In this document: positions 18,981-28,007 of the stretch, piece after piece
How positions within the stretch are numbered: position 1 is the first letter of the stretch
Layout of the letters: every line of letters starts with the position of its first letter
Assembly (NCBI GenBank): GCA_963743435.1
Contig: CAVUPG010000004.1
Location: 176,238 to 240,237, forward strand
Reading direction: 5' to 3'
From: an uncultured Candidatus Saccharibacteria bacterium
Lineage (GTDB): Bacteria; Patescibacteriota; Saccharimonadia; Saccharimonadales; UBA4665
Length of the DNA: 64,000 bases
The notes under the pieces: model-generated
What the model was told of the DNA's origin: nothing
Seen by the model: the letters and a program-made list of their open reading frames with translations, nothing else
Databases searched by the model: none
Made by a program: the position numbers and the translations under genes

Positions 18981-21900
18981 TTAGTAATTCTCGTTAAAGC
19001 CGAATTGGAACGAACCGATTCGGACTAAATTAGTTTGCGGGCTGATGGCCGTCGGCTTAATGACGAAGGTTATCGTATCGTTTGCCGAGAAGCTACACCC
19101 GTTCCCGGGGTCGCTGATTGTCGTGGACGTCCATGATCCGGTTTGTTTGATCGACTGAGCCGATGCGTAGCAGCTCGTACCGCTTGCATCTTTTATCATG
19201 ACGGTTGCATCGGTGCTGGTGCCAGAGTCGAGGTATGACCAGAAGGTAAAGCTGCTGGAGGTGAACGACGTAAAGCCACTTGGGAGTTGGTACTGCACCA
19301 CTATGTCATAGTCCTGTGCCGTCCCCTGGTCAGTTGTCCATGCGTAGTAATTTCGCCCGGCAGTTGCATCGTAGTCGCTGGTCATGAAGCCCGTATTATT
19401 CGAGCCATCCGCCGAGAATACCGTGCTTGGGAACTCTGGGTTGATTTTGACGGTACGAACATGCGAGGAGCCGCTGCCGGTGGTGTCACAGTCAACCCAG
19501 CCCGTCGTGTAGCACTTGAACTTGTTGTTGGTGCTGTCGTAGTACATTGCACCGGCAAGACCTGTCGGCGTGATGGTAGATGGCACATTGTCGAGCACAA
19601 GAAGGGTGACATCGCCCGCAGCAGAAGCAGTACTATCGCCAATCTTGATGCGGTTGTTGCTCGTATCAGCCTGGAAGAGTACCTGGCTGCCGCCATTGTT
19701 TTGTATCTGAAGAGCGGTCGCCGAGTCAGCGAGCGGGCGAATTGTCGGCGTGTACACGCTCGTACCGAAGTAGCCGCTGCGCCAGGTGATAGCAGAGCTA
19801 CCGAGGTCGTCGGTGTTGGTAGTGTCAGAGATGAGGCTGGTGTTGATAGCGACACTGGCAAGGTTACTGAGCGCCTGGTTTGCGCCGCCACCGCCACCGC
19901 CGCAGCCCGAGCTCATCGTACAGATAGTATCGTTTCCAGTCAGGTCTGGGATACTCAGGGTGAAGCTACCAGTTGTCTGCGTAGCAGAAGTGAGGGTAAC
20001 GACATAGTTATTCGTGACGTTAGCGAAAGTAATCTTCCCGCTGACGGCGTTCGTACCGCCGTTGTAGTTACCGAGTTCAATTTGGCCAGAGGTGGTGTTT
20101 ACGTTCAGGACCGCGACACCGTTGCCGTCTTGTATATTGACGGCCGAGCTAGAGCTGGCTTGCCTGAAGCGGATGTCTTGGCCATTTGCCGCTATTGCCT
20201 GCCCAGAATATACAGTGCCTGTACCGAGGTCAAAGATACTTGTAGCACCCGTACCGTAGAAGAGATTGGAGGACAAAATATTGTATTGCTGTGACGAATT
20301 CGGTATGTAGATAGCGTATCCGGTACCAGCAGTGTCGGTGATGACGTTATTGTTTACGAGGTTGTAACTACCTGTTAGGTATATGCCGCCATTGTTAGAA
20401 CTACCACCTGGGTTAGTTATAGTGTTGTTGGAGAGTTCGTTATTGTTATTTGAGCCATTCATGTATATAGCATAACCACCCGAATTCACTACTGTATTCC
20501 CTGTGATACTGTTGTATTTACCGCCCACGTTTATACTTATTCCCTTGCTGTCCCCGGTTGAACTATTTCCTGAGACAGTTGTATAGCTCGCAGATACATA
20601 GATGCCGATGTTCGTGTTACTGACAGTTTTGTTACCGGAGATGATAGCACCATCTGTCAACACAGTGAGACCCTGGGCGTTTGATACAGCGGTATTATTC
20701 GTGATGCGCGCGGAGGCACTATTCGAAAGATACAACGCATAATTCTGGTTTGATGCAAAGTAGTTACTCGTGACAGAGGCATAGTTGACGCCTGTCATGC
20801 TAACACCGTATGTTGCGTTGTTGTATACGTATGACCTTGTGATCGTAACGTAGTTGATATTACTCATGTACATACCATTGGAACGGAAATTGCTGACCGA
20901 AACTCCATCGATTAGAATACCCGGTGCGCTGTTGGTTGCACTGGAGCTTAGATTAATACCTGTCTGCGTTCCAGAACTGTTGTTAGCCCGGTTACCGTCA
21001 ATTACTAGGTTTCTGATAACCATCCCTGATGCTCCCGTGGCGTTTATGACATTCACGGCCGCGTTTACAGAGTTAGCTAATTTTAAGACGGTTGCATTAT
21101 CAGTTCCGGCGAGGATCACATTTGTCCCGATATTTATCGCTCCATCCACGATGTATGTCCCATCCAGCAGGTACACAGTACCACCACTGGCTGGCAGAGC
21201 TGCGATAGCTGCGTTTATGGTGGTCTGGGCACTGGTACAGCTTGTATCGACGTAGTCGGCGCCGTCGTAGTTCTGTGAAGCAGTTGGGGTGGTACCAGTA
21301 CAACCAGTGGTTGGGCCCATGGCGACTATCTTGGTGGCGGTAGAGCGATCACTCACCCACTTGGTACCGTTGTACTGGAGGAGTTGGTGAGTACTGGTGT
21401 CGAAGTAGAGCATACCCTCGGTTGGAGAGCCGGGGCGAGAGGCGGTGTTGCCGCCGGTGAAGGAGATAGTTTGGTTAGCACCGAGGACAGCACCAGCATT
21501 GATGTTGACACTGTCGTTGAGGTTAATGGTCCCTGCCCCGTCGAGAACGATGTTACCACTCGTGGTGGTGGTAAGGTTGAGGTCACCGCTGGTGACGTTG
21601 AGGGCTGCACTGAGGTTGGTGGAGGCGATGTTGCTGAGGCTTGTGTTGGCGCCGCCGGCACCACCACAACTGGTCCAACCTAGCACACCACTGCCGGTTG
21701 TGTCTGACAGACAGTCGCCAGAGCTACCGAGGCCGGTTGGGAGGGTGAGATTGTAGCTGGTGCTAGTAGCACCAGACTGGATACCGACGTTATTGGCGTT
21801 GGTAGAGTTGTTGAAGACAATCTTACCGTTGACGGCGTTAGAGGCGTTGTACTCACCAAGCTCTATCTCTCCGTTGGTGGTGTCGACATTAAGGACGTTT

Positions 21901-24900
21901 CGTCCATTGCCATTCTGGATGGAAACAGCGGCAGATGAAGCGGCTTGTTTGAAGCGGACATCGAGGCCACCGGCGGTCATAGCTTGGCCGGCGTAGATGG
22001 TAGATGTGCTAGCATCGTTGATGGTCGTGGCACCGGTGCCGCTAAAGGTGTTACCAGAGAGGTAGGTATTGCTGTCTGTGCTTGCGCCAATGCGTATAGC
22101 GTACCCCGTACCCGCCGTATCAGTGATTTTGTTGTCGGTTATAGTGGTGTTAGTTGCGTATGTGTTCAGATATATAGCGTCGTTGGCACCTGAGCCGCCA
22201 TTGTCATAGAAAATGTTTCCCGTAATCTTGTTATCACTAGAGGGAAGGCCTACAGCACCGTTTAGTTGGATACCGCCCTGTAGGTTAGCACTAAGATCAT
22301 TTCCGCTAATAACCGAGCGGGTAGTGACGTATAGGATGATGCCGGGATCAAAACCTGAGCCCGTTGCCGTTACGGAGTTGGAATGTATGGTCAGATAGTT
22401 TGAGTATTGTGCGGCTATACCGCCCTGAGCACTTAAATTAATCTTGTTGTTCGACAGCGTAACGTGATCTGCCTCAACAGATATGCCATAGGTACTGCTG
22501 TTGGCAATCGTGTTAGCATCAACGACAGTGTAATCGCCCTTCATTTGAATGCCGTAGCCGTTGTTGTCTATAGCGTTGCTAGAGATAGTGTTGTGTTGGC
22601 TACTTGCACCATAGCTATAAATACCGGTATCGGTATTATCGGTGATAGTGTTTCCGGTAATAACGCTGTTGACCATATTCGAGGCATATATACCGATGGT
22701 CGAGTTGAGGATAGCGTCAGACTTGTCGGCTTGCCACTTGCCGAGGGCAGAGTTGTATACCAACAATTGCTTGTTTGTTGTGTCGTAGGTAGTCATGCCA
22801 TCAACTGGGCCACCGTAGCCACTGATATTGGCGTAGGTGTCACCCGCCAGTCTCAGGGTTTTACCAGAAGCCACCGTAGTGTTCTGGTTGAGGTTGATGC
22901 TGGTAGCATTTGTCGTACCAATGTTTAGTGTGCCTGCGGAGGCGGTGTCGAGAGCGGTACCCTGGAAGCTGGCGGCGGTTAGTTGGCCAACGAAGTTTGA
23001 GGTCCCGTCGTCGTAGAAGCTCATTATCTCAGAACCGGCATTATTCATGAATGCAAGGCGTGAATCTATACCGGTGGTTGACACCAGTTGCGATATCGTA
23101 AAGGTACGGCTCGTACTAGAGCTGCCGTTCCAGTATTTGCCAGTCATGTTGATGCTCATAGCATTATATACAGGGTTAAATGAGGTTGCGTTCGCTGCTG
23201 CCTGGAGGTTTAGCTTGTTATTGGTGCTATCTACCCTCAGGATCGGCTGTGAGCCACTATTCTGAATGACAAATACGCCAGTGCTACTCGTACTACCGAT
23301 TTGGGTGGTACCGCTGACTTCAAGATTGTAGCTTGAAGGTGTCGTGTTTATGCCTATGCGCTGGTTACTGGTGTCGACCGTAAGTATAGATTGTGTGCCT
23401 GCGGCATTTTGGATACGTATACCTGTAGTAGAGTCAGTGACAGCGCTAATAGTGCCACTCGCCAGACCATCATTAAACGTCTTGAGACCACCGAAGGTCT
23501 GGGCACTGTGTGTCACTAGGCCGGTGTGAGTGGCAGTTGCCTCCTGGAGGTAGATGGTGGTGGTACTGATGCTGGCGCCATTGTCACTGTAGGTACCACC
23601 GTCTAGGGCACCGACGGTAGTGACTCCGGAGCCAGTGCCCCCACCACAACTGGTGAAGCCTAATACACCACTGCCGTTGGTATCGACCAGACAGTCACCA
23701 CTACTGCCGAGGGCGGTTGGGAGAGTGAGGGTGTAGTCTGCGCTGGTGGCACCACTCTGGAGCTTGACGGTGTAGGTATTGCTACTGTTATTAAAGGTTA
23801 AGACACCGTTGATTGGGTTAGTGGCATCATACTGACCCAGCTGGAGCTCACCATTGGTGGTGTCAGCATTGAGCAGGTTGATGCCGTTGGCGTCTTGGAT
23901 GTTGACGGCACTAGTAGATGCGGCTTGTTTGAAGCGGATGTCGAGGCCACCCGCGGTCATTGCCTGTCCTGCGAAGATAGTGGTGGCACCTGCATCGTTG
24001 ATTGCCGTAGCTCCCGTGCCAGAGAATATGTTGCCAGACAGTACGTTACTTACCGCATTGCCGTCCGGGAGGTTTATGGCGTAGCCGGTACCCCCGTTGT
24101 CAGTGATTACGTTATCCGCAATGCGGCTGTAGCGACCTTGGTAGTAGATGCCGCTTGCTGTCGTGGTAACAGTACCAGAGTTCGTAATAGTGTTGCCTAT
24201 GATGGCATTGTAGTCACCGCCCGACCTCACCTGTATACCATGAGAGGTCGCGTTATATATAGTATTGCCGCTGTACGTAACACCTACAGTACTGGCACCA
24301 AACTGCGTGCCAAACTGGTCACCATCAGAGGTGTTCCCCGTAACAGTAGCGTAACTTGCAGGCACAATTCCTGCCCCAGCGTTGCTTGCTGTGTGGTTTC
24401 CAGTGATTACTGCCCTAGGCGTAGACAGACCAATACCATAGTTTCCGTTTGCCTTCGCAATGTTACCGGTCACACTTACACGACTCGACGCCATAATTTG
24501 CGCACCAACAGATGAGTTATTGTTAAACTTGTTACCACTAATGACCCAGTCGTTCCCTCCGCTTACATACAGACCTATTGAACCGTTACTGTCAATCAAA
24601 GAGTTACGGATGGTAAGTTGGTTCATGTTCCTGACGTACGTGCCATACTGCCTGAAGTTACGAGCGGTTACTTGCTCTATAGTTATTCCTGGCGTCGTGT
24701 TGCTGATTGAACCATTCTGAATGTTTATACCAATCTGGTTACCGCTACTGTTATTCGCTTTGTTGCCATCGAGCACTATGTCACGGAACGTTATGCCCGA
24801 GACATCGACGGAGTTTGAGATCATACTAATATTCGCATTGATACCATTCTTCAGCTTCAATATCGTGCTTTGGCCCGCACCTGCAATTGTCACATTGCTC

Positions 24901-25121
24901 GGCACTGTCACTGCACCGTCAATGATATACGTCCCATCCAGCAGGTACACAGTACCACCACTGGTTGGCAGAGCGGCGATGGCGCGTTTATTTCTGTCTG
25001 GGCACTGGTAGAGCTGGTAATGACGTAGTCTGCGGCGTCGTAGTTCTGACTGGCGATGGGTGGTGCCGGTACAGCCGTGGTCGGACCCATGGCGACTATC
25101 TTGGTGGCGGTGATCGATCAC
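18981..25121 (-). CDS. giant fibre protein A, distal 2/3: three pectate-lyase-like parallel beta-helix domains, stalk modules, conserved C-terminal domain
   Basis: 2046-aa ORF. PbH1-type repeats (NxxIxxNxxxGI...) lie at about 23960-24985, 21990-22720 and 20200-21240. Only codons downstream of about 24985 (AIAALPTSGGTVYLLDG...) are in the true frame. The ORF-track N-terminus (24986-25121) is out-of-frame read-through of the junction with ORF 25096..27609. Confidence 0.8.
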   Translation of the reverse strand: MIDHRHQDSRHGSDHGCTGTTHRQSELRRRRLRHYQLYQCPDRNKRAIAALPTSGGTVYLLDGTYIIDGAVTVPSNVTIAGAGQSTILKLKNGINANISMISNSVDVSGITFRDIVLDGNKANNSSGNQIGINIQNGSISNTTPGITIEQVTARNFRQYGTYVRNMNQLTIRNSLIDSNGSIGLYVSGGNDWVISGNKFNNNSSVGAQIMASSRVSVTGNIAKANGNYGIGLSTPRAVITGNHTASNAGAGIVPASYATVTGNTSDGDQFGTQFGASTVGVTYSGNTIYNATSHGIQVRSGGDYNAIIGNTITNSGTVTTTASGIYYQGRYSRIADNVITDNGGTGYAINLPDGNAVSNVLSGNIFSGTGATAINDAGATTIFAGQAMTAGGLDIRFKQAASTSAVNIQDANGINLLNADTTNGELQLGQYDATNPINGVLTFNNSSNTYTVKLQSGATSADYTLTLPTALGSSGDCLVDTNGSGVLGFTSCGGGTGSGVTTVGALDGGTYSDNGASISTTTIYLQEATATHTGLVTHSAQTFGGLKTFNDGLASGTISAVTDSTTGIRIQNAAGTQSILTVDTSNQRIGINTTPSSYNLEVSGTTQIGSTSSTGVFVIQNSGSQPILRVDSTNNKLNLQAAANATSFNPVYNAMSINMTGKYWNGSSSTSRTFTISQLVSTTGIDSRLAFMNNAGSEIMSFYDDGTSNFVGQLTAASFQGTALDTASAGTLNIGTTNATSINLNQNTTVASGKTLRLAGDTYANISGYGGPVDGMTTYDTTNKQLLVYNSALGKWQADKSDAILNSTIGIYASNMVNSVITGNTITDNTDTGIYSYGASSQHNTISSNAIDNNGYGIQMKGDYTVVDANTIANSSTYGISVEADHVTLSNNKINLSAQGGIAAQYSNYLTIHSNSVTATGSGFDPGIILYVTTRSVISGNDLSANLQGGIQLNGAVGLPSSDNKITGNIFYDNGGSGANDAIYLNTYATNTTITDNKITDTAGTGYAIRIGASTDSNTYLSGNTFSGTGATTINDASTSTIYAGQAMTAGGLDVRFKQAASSAAVSIQNGNGRNVLNVDTTNGEIELGEYNASNAVNGKIVFNNSTNANNVGIQSGATSTSYNLTLPTGLGSSGDCLSDTTGSGVLGWTSCGGAGGANTSLSNIASTNLSAALNVTSGDLNLTTTTSGNIVLDGAGTINLNDSVNINAGAVLGANQTISFTGGNTASRPGSPTEGMLYFDTSTHQLLQYNGTKWVSDRSTATKIVAMGPTTGCTGTTPTASQNYDGADYVDTSCTSAQTTINAAIAALPASGGTVYLLDGTYIVDGAINIGTNVILAGTDNATVLKLANSVNAAVNVINATGASGMVIRNLVIDGNRANNSSGTQTGINLSSSATNSAPGILIDGVSVSNFRSNGMYMSNINYVTITRSYVYNNATYGVSMTGVNYASVTSNYFASNQNYALYLSNSASARITNNTAVSNAQGLTVLTDGAIISGNKTVSNTNIGIYVSASYTTVSGNSSTGDSKGISINVGGKYNSITGNTVVNSGGYAIYMNGSNNNNELSNNTITNPGGSSNNGGIYLTGSYNLVNNNVITDTAGTGYAIYIPNSSQQYNILSSNLFYGTGATSIFDLGTGTVYSGQAIAANGQDIRFRQASSSSAVNIQDGNGVAVLNVNTTSGQIELGNYNGGTNAVSGKITFANVTNNYVVTLTSATQTTGSFTLSIPDLTGNDTICTMSSGCGGGGGGANQALSNLASVAINTSLISDTTNTDDLGSSAITWRSGYFGTSVYTPTIRPLADSATALQIQNNGGSQVLFQADTSNNRIKIGDSTASAAGDVTLLVLDNVPSTITPTGLAGAMYYDSTNNKFKCYTTGWVDCDTTGSGSSHVRTVKINPEFPSTVFSADGSNNTGFMTSDYDATAGRNYYAWTTDQGTAQDYDIVVQYQLPSGFTSFTSSSFTFWSYLDSGTSTDATVMIKDASGTSCYASAQSIKQTGSWTSTTISDPGNGCSFSANDTITFVIKPTAISPQTNLVRIGSFQFGFNENY

Positions 25122-27534
25122 TCACCCACTTGGTACCGTTGTACTGGAGGAGTTGGTGGGTACTGGTGTCGAAGTAGAGCATGCCCTCGGTTGGAGAGCC
25201 AGGGCGTGAGGCAGTGGTGCCACCGGTAAAGGAGATGGTTTGGTTAGCGGCGACGACCGCACCAGCGTTTATGTTGACACTGTCATTGAGATTAATGGTC
25301 CCTGCCCCGTCGAGGACGATGTTACCACTCGTGGTGGTGGTAAGGTTGAGGTCACCACTGGTGACGTTGAGGGCTGCACTGAGGTTGGTGGAGGCGATGT
25401 TGCTGAGGCTTGTGTTAGCACCGCCTGCGCCACCACAACTTGTCCAACCTAGCACACCACTGCCGGATGTGTCTGACAGACAGTCACCAGAGCTACCGAG
25501 TGCTGTCGGGAGAGTCAACGCGTAGCTGGTGCTGGTGGCACCGGATTGGATGCTGACGGTGTTGGTATTAGCTGTATTATTGAAGACGATCTTGCCATTG
25601 ACGGCATTGGTGCCGCCATTGTAGTTACCGAGCTGAACTTCCCCATTGGTGGTATCAGCGTTGAATAGGTCGACGCCGTTGGCGTCTTGAATTGTGAAGC
25701 TATTGGTACTGCCATAATCGGTTGTCACGATTACGCCACCATTCGCACCTGCTCCAATTGGAGCCCCGCCCGATAATATTAAGTTACCTCCATTTGCATC
25801 ATTTGTTGGGGATAAGGATATAATCGAGTAATATTGAGGCCCGGTCGGGCTAGAGGTGAACGTCTGTGAGAGCGTACCGTTCGACCCACTGACGCTGTAG
25901 CCAATCATACCCCCGCTGCCGGTTGAGGCATTGTTCTGGGCTAAAACAGTACCTGTAGTGATACCCACAGTGTCATTATTTTGTCGAACTGCACCAGCGT
26001 ATAGGACGAGATCTCCTGAGCTTACATTTACCGGTCCAACGACCGTAGAAGCCGAGCCAGTAAACGATTGGTAGCCTATATGGTCATTCACAGCACCGAC
26101 ATCGTGCACCCCTATAATACCGACCTCCCCATAACCTGCGCCAGTAAACGTCACGGTCACGGAACCCCCTATGTCGCCCAGTGTCACCGTCTTGTAGTAC
26201 AGCGCACCACACATGCCTGCGCCACAAGTGTACTCAGGCCGAGTCCAACCCGCGGGAGTATTAATACCATTGTATTGCTCGACAGACATGACAAGCATAT
26301 CACCGACCGATAGACCAGTCGGGTAGCTCGCCACCATACTCGCTACGTTATTTACATGGGTAAGCGTGTGACCAACTATAGTAGGCGATCCTGTAGCAGT
26401 TGCATTACCGGCTCTGACGCTCAGGCTGCTCCCAGTGCCGCTGGTCGCATCCGCTACTGAAATCGTGTGCGGTGTATCACCGCCGAAAGTGACATCGCCA
26501 GCTGCATTTACATCATCATTGAGATTAATGGTCCCTGCCCCGTCGAGGACGATGTTACCACTCGTGGTGGTGGTAAGGTTGAGGTCACCACTGGTGACGT
26601 TGAGGGCGGCGCTGAGGTTGGTGCTAGCGATGTTGCTGAGGGAGGTGTTGGCTCCTGTAGAACCGCTACAGTTTGCGAGCGTGACGAGACACAGGGTGTC
26701 ACTCGTGCCAGCGAGGTCTGGGAGACTAACGGTACCATTACCCACCGTCTGTGCTGCAATACTCAGGCTCACCTTGTACGCATTGGTGCTGTTGAACAAG
26801 TCAATTGTTCCCGTGGTGGTGCTGGCGGTACCGACAGCCAAAGAGGAGCCGAAGATACCTTTGCCGGAGATGTTGAGGTTACCGGTCTGAGCAGTACCCG
26901 GTGTGCTGCCTTGGAGCTGGATGAAGCCAGCATTCGCTTCGTTCTCGGTGAGGAGATTGTAGCTGCCGGCTGCACCTTGATCACGGATCTGGAACGTCTG
27001 GTCACCGACGGTTGGAGCCTGTAGCGTGAGCGTCGAGCTCAGTGCACCACTCGTCGTGATGAGCTGACTCGCTGTCTTCGCATTGAACGCATACGGTACG
27101 GCGGTGAGGGAGAGGCGTGGGGACATCTCACCGTCCCATGAGTTGGAGGTGCCAGTACCACCGATGTCCATGGTGAGGTAGAGCTGCTGGTCCCATGGGA
27201 TGGTGGATGGGAAGCTGGTGATGGCACCGAGGTCAACGCTGAGGTAGCCGTTGGCAACTCTGACTCGGTTGTCAGGAGAGCCACCGTTGTAGTCACGGGT
27301 TTCAGTCCAGAGGAGGGTGCCACCAGTGGAGGCGTCGTAGAGCTTGAAGCGGACGTTGTAGTTGCCGTCTGGGGCGATCTGGCCGGCTCCCTTCTGGAGG
27401 CGGGCTTGGAAGTTCAGGGTGTCGTTGGTGGCAGCATACGCAGGCGTAGACACGCGCGTAAGGAAAAACAGGGGTAGGATGAGCAAGAACAAGACCGAGA
27501 TAGCGCGGGCCATGGTGAGGATACGACCAGACAT
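25096..27534 (-). CDS. giant fibre protein A, proximal part (signal peptide, conserved N-terminal domain, unique globular insert, stalk module)
   Basis: Start chosen at MSGRILTMARAISVLFLLILPLFFLTRVSTPAYA|ATND (GAGGGG SD 8 nt upstream). It ends artificially at WVSDRSPPPR*, where paralogues continue WVSDRSTATKIVAMGPTT... Confidence 0.8.
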   Translation of the reverse strand: MSGRILTMARAISVLFLLILPLFFLTRVSTPAYAATNDTLNFQARLQKGAGQIAPDGNYNVRFKLYDASTGGTLLWTETRDYNGGSPDNRVRVANGYLSVDLGAITSFPSTIPWDQQLYLTMDIGGTGTSNSWDGEMSPRLSLTAVPYAFNAKTASQLITTSGALSSTLTLQAPTVGDQTFQIRDQGAAGSYNLLTENEANAGFIQLQGSTPGTAQTGNLNISGKGIFGSSLAVGTASTTTGTIDLFNSTNAYKVSLSIAAQTVGNGTVSLPDLAGTSDTLCLVTLANCSGSTGANTSLSNIASTNLSAALNVTSGDLNLTTTTSGNIVLDGAGTINLNDDVNAAGDVTFGGDTPHTISVADATSGTGSSLSVRAGNATATGSPTIVGHTLTHVNNVASMVASYPTGLSVGDMLVMSVEQYNGINTPAGWTRPEYTCGAGMCGALYYKTVTLGDIGGSVTVTFTGAGYGEVGIIGVHDVGAVNDHIGYQSFTGSASTVVGPVNVSSGDLVLYAGAVRQNNDTVGITTGTVLAQNNASTGSGGMIGYSVSGSNGTLSQTFTSSPTGPQYYSIISLSPTNDANGGNLILSGGAPIGAGANGGVIVTTDYGSTNSFTIQDANGVDLFNADTTNGEVQLGNYNGGTNAVNGKIVFNNTANTNTVSIQSGATSTSYALTLPTALGSSGDCLSDTSGSGVLGWTSCGGAGGANTSLSNIASTNLSAALNVTSGDLNLTTTTSGNIVLDGAGTINLNDSVNINAGAVVAANQTISFTGGTTASRPGSPTEGMLYFDTSTHQLLQYNGTKWVSDRSPPPR

Positions 27535-27685
27535 GACGAGACCCCTCAAGTCGGGGTGACTGGGGGTATGACGAGGCGGTATGGGCGTATTGCCTGAGAG
27601 ACCTGGCATGTGTTTTTGGTTTGTTTGGTTTGGTTTTAAAGTTTTGGAAAGTTTGTGTGTGTATCGGTTTTGGTTTTGGTCGATA
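27071..27685 (-). repeat. shared 5' module, copy A (proximal leader + signal peptide + N-terminal domain)
   Basis: Near-identical by eye to 41664-42275. The coding part also matches 55331-55749. Confidence 0.8.
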
Positions 27686-27927
27686 CTGAACTCTATTGTG
27701 CGTGAAAATACACCCAGAGGGTACCCCTACAAAAGTACTTTTTGTGTGCAGCTATGTCGCAGCAAAATCAGAGTAAATTCGATACATTTTTGTAGTTTTT
27801 GTGACTACGTAAATTGTGTTAGCCGCTGAATCTAACAAGCTTTTTATTTAATTATTTAATCGTTCTGTTGTAAATATTCCGTAGTATCAAATACAATATA
27901 GGCTCATTTTTGGATAATTTTATTATG

Positions 27928-27938
27928 AGTTATCCACA
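27928..27938 (-). promoter_or_regulatory. conserved 11-mer TGTGGATAACT, copy 2, 394 nt upstream of the fibre A start
   Basis: Exact AGTTATCCACA on the plus strand. An inverted partner TGGATAA at 27911-27917 gives TGGATAA-N12-TTATCCA. Confidence 0.55.
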
Positions 27939-28007
27939 ATTTTGCGAGCTGATTTTGTTTGTTATGCTGGTATCTTGCTGAATAACCGCTGTGCTCAGTT
28001 GTGACCA

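Noticed and set aside
19287-20294. Long plus-strand ORFs antisense to the giant genes and to nrdJ, for example 19287..20294, 23895..24515, 35422..36048, 43500..44162 and 62437..63321.
   Set aside because: They lie opposite clearly coding minus-strand frames. Their translations are low-complexity Arg/Val/Gly/Ala strings without motifs. Identical copies appear wherever the sense-strand repeat recurs. They are a stop-poor antisense-frame artefact of the biased codon composition.
27535-27609. N-terminal extensions in the ORF track: MPGLSGNTPIPPRHTPSHPDLRGLV at 27535-27609 and 42129-42203, and 78 extra codons at 55795-56028.
   Set aside because: The extensions are not conserved between paralogues. 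In contrast, the sequence just upstream of the second Met conserves an SD-like GAGGGG/AAGGGG at the right spacing, and the second Met begins a canonical signal peptide. The extensions are treated as leader RNA. Translation from the upstream ATG cannot be excluded without data.
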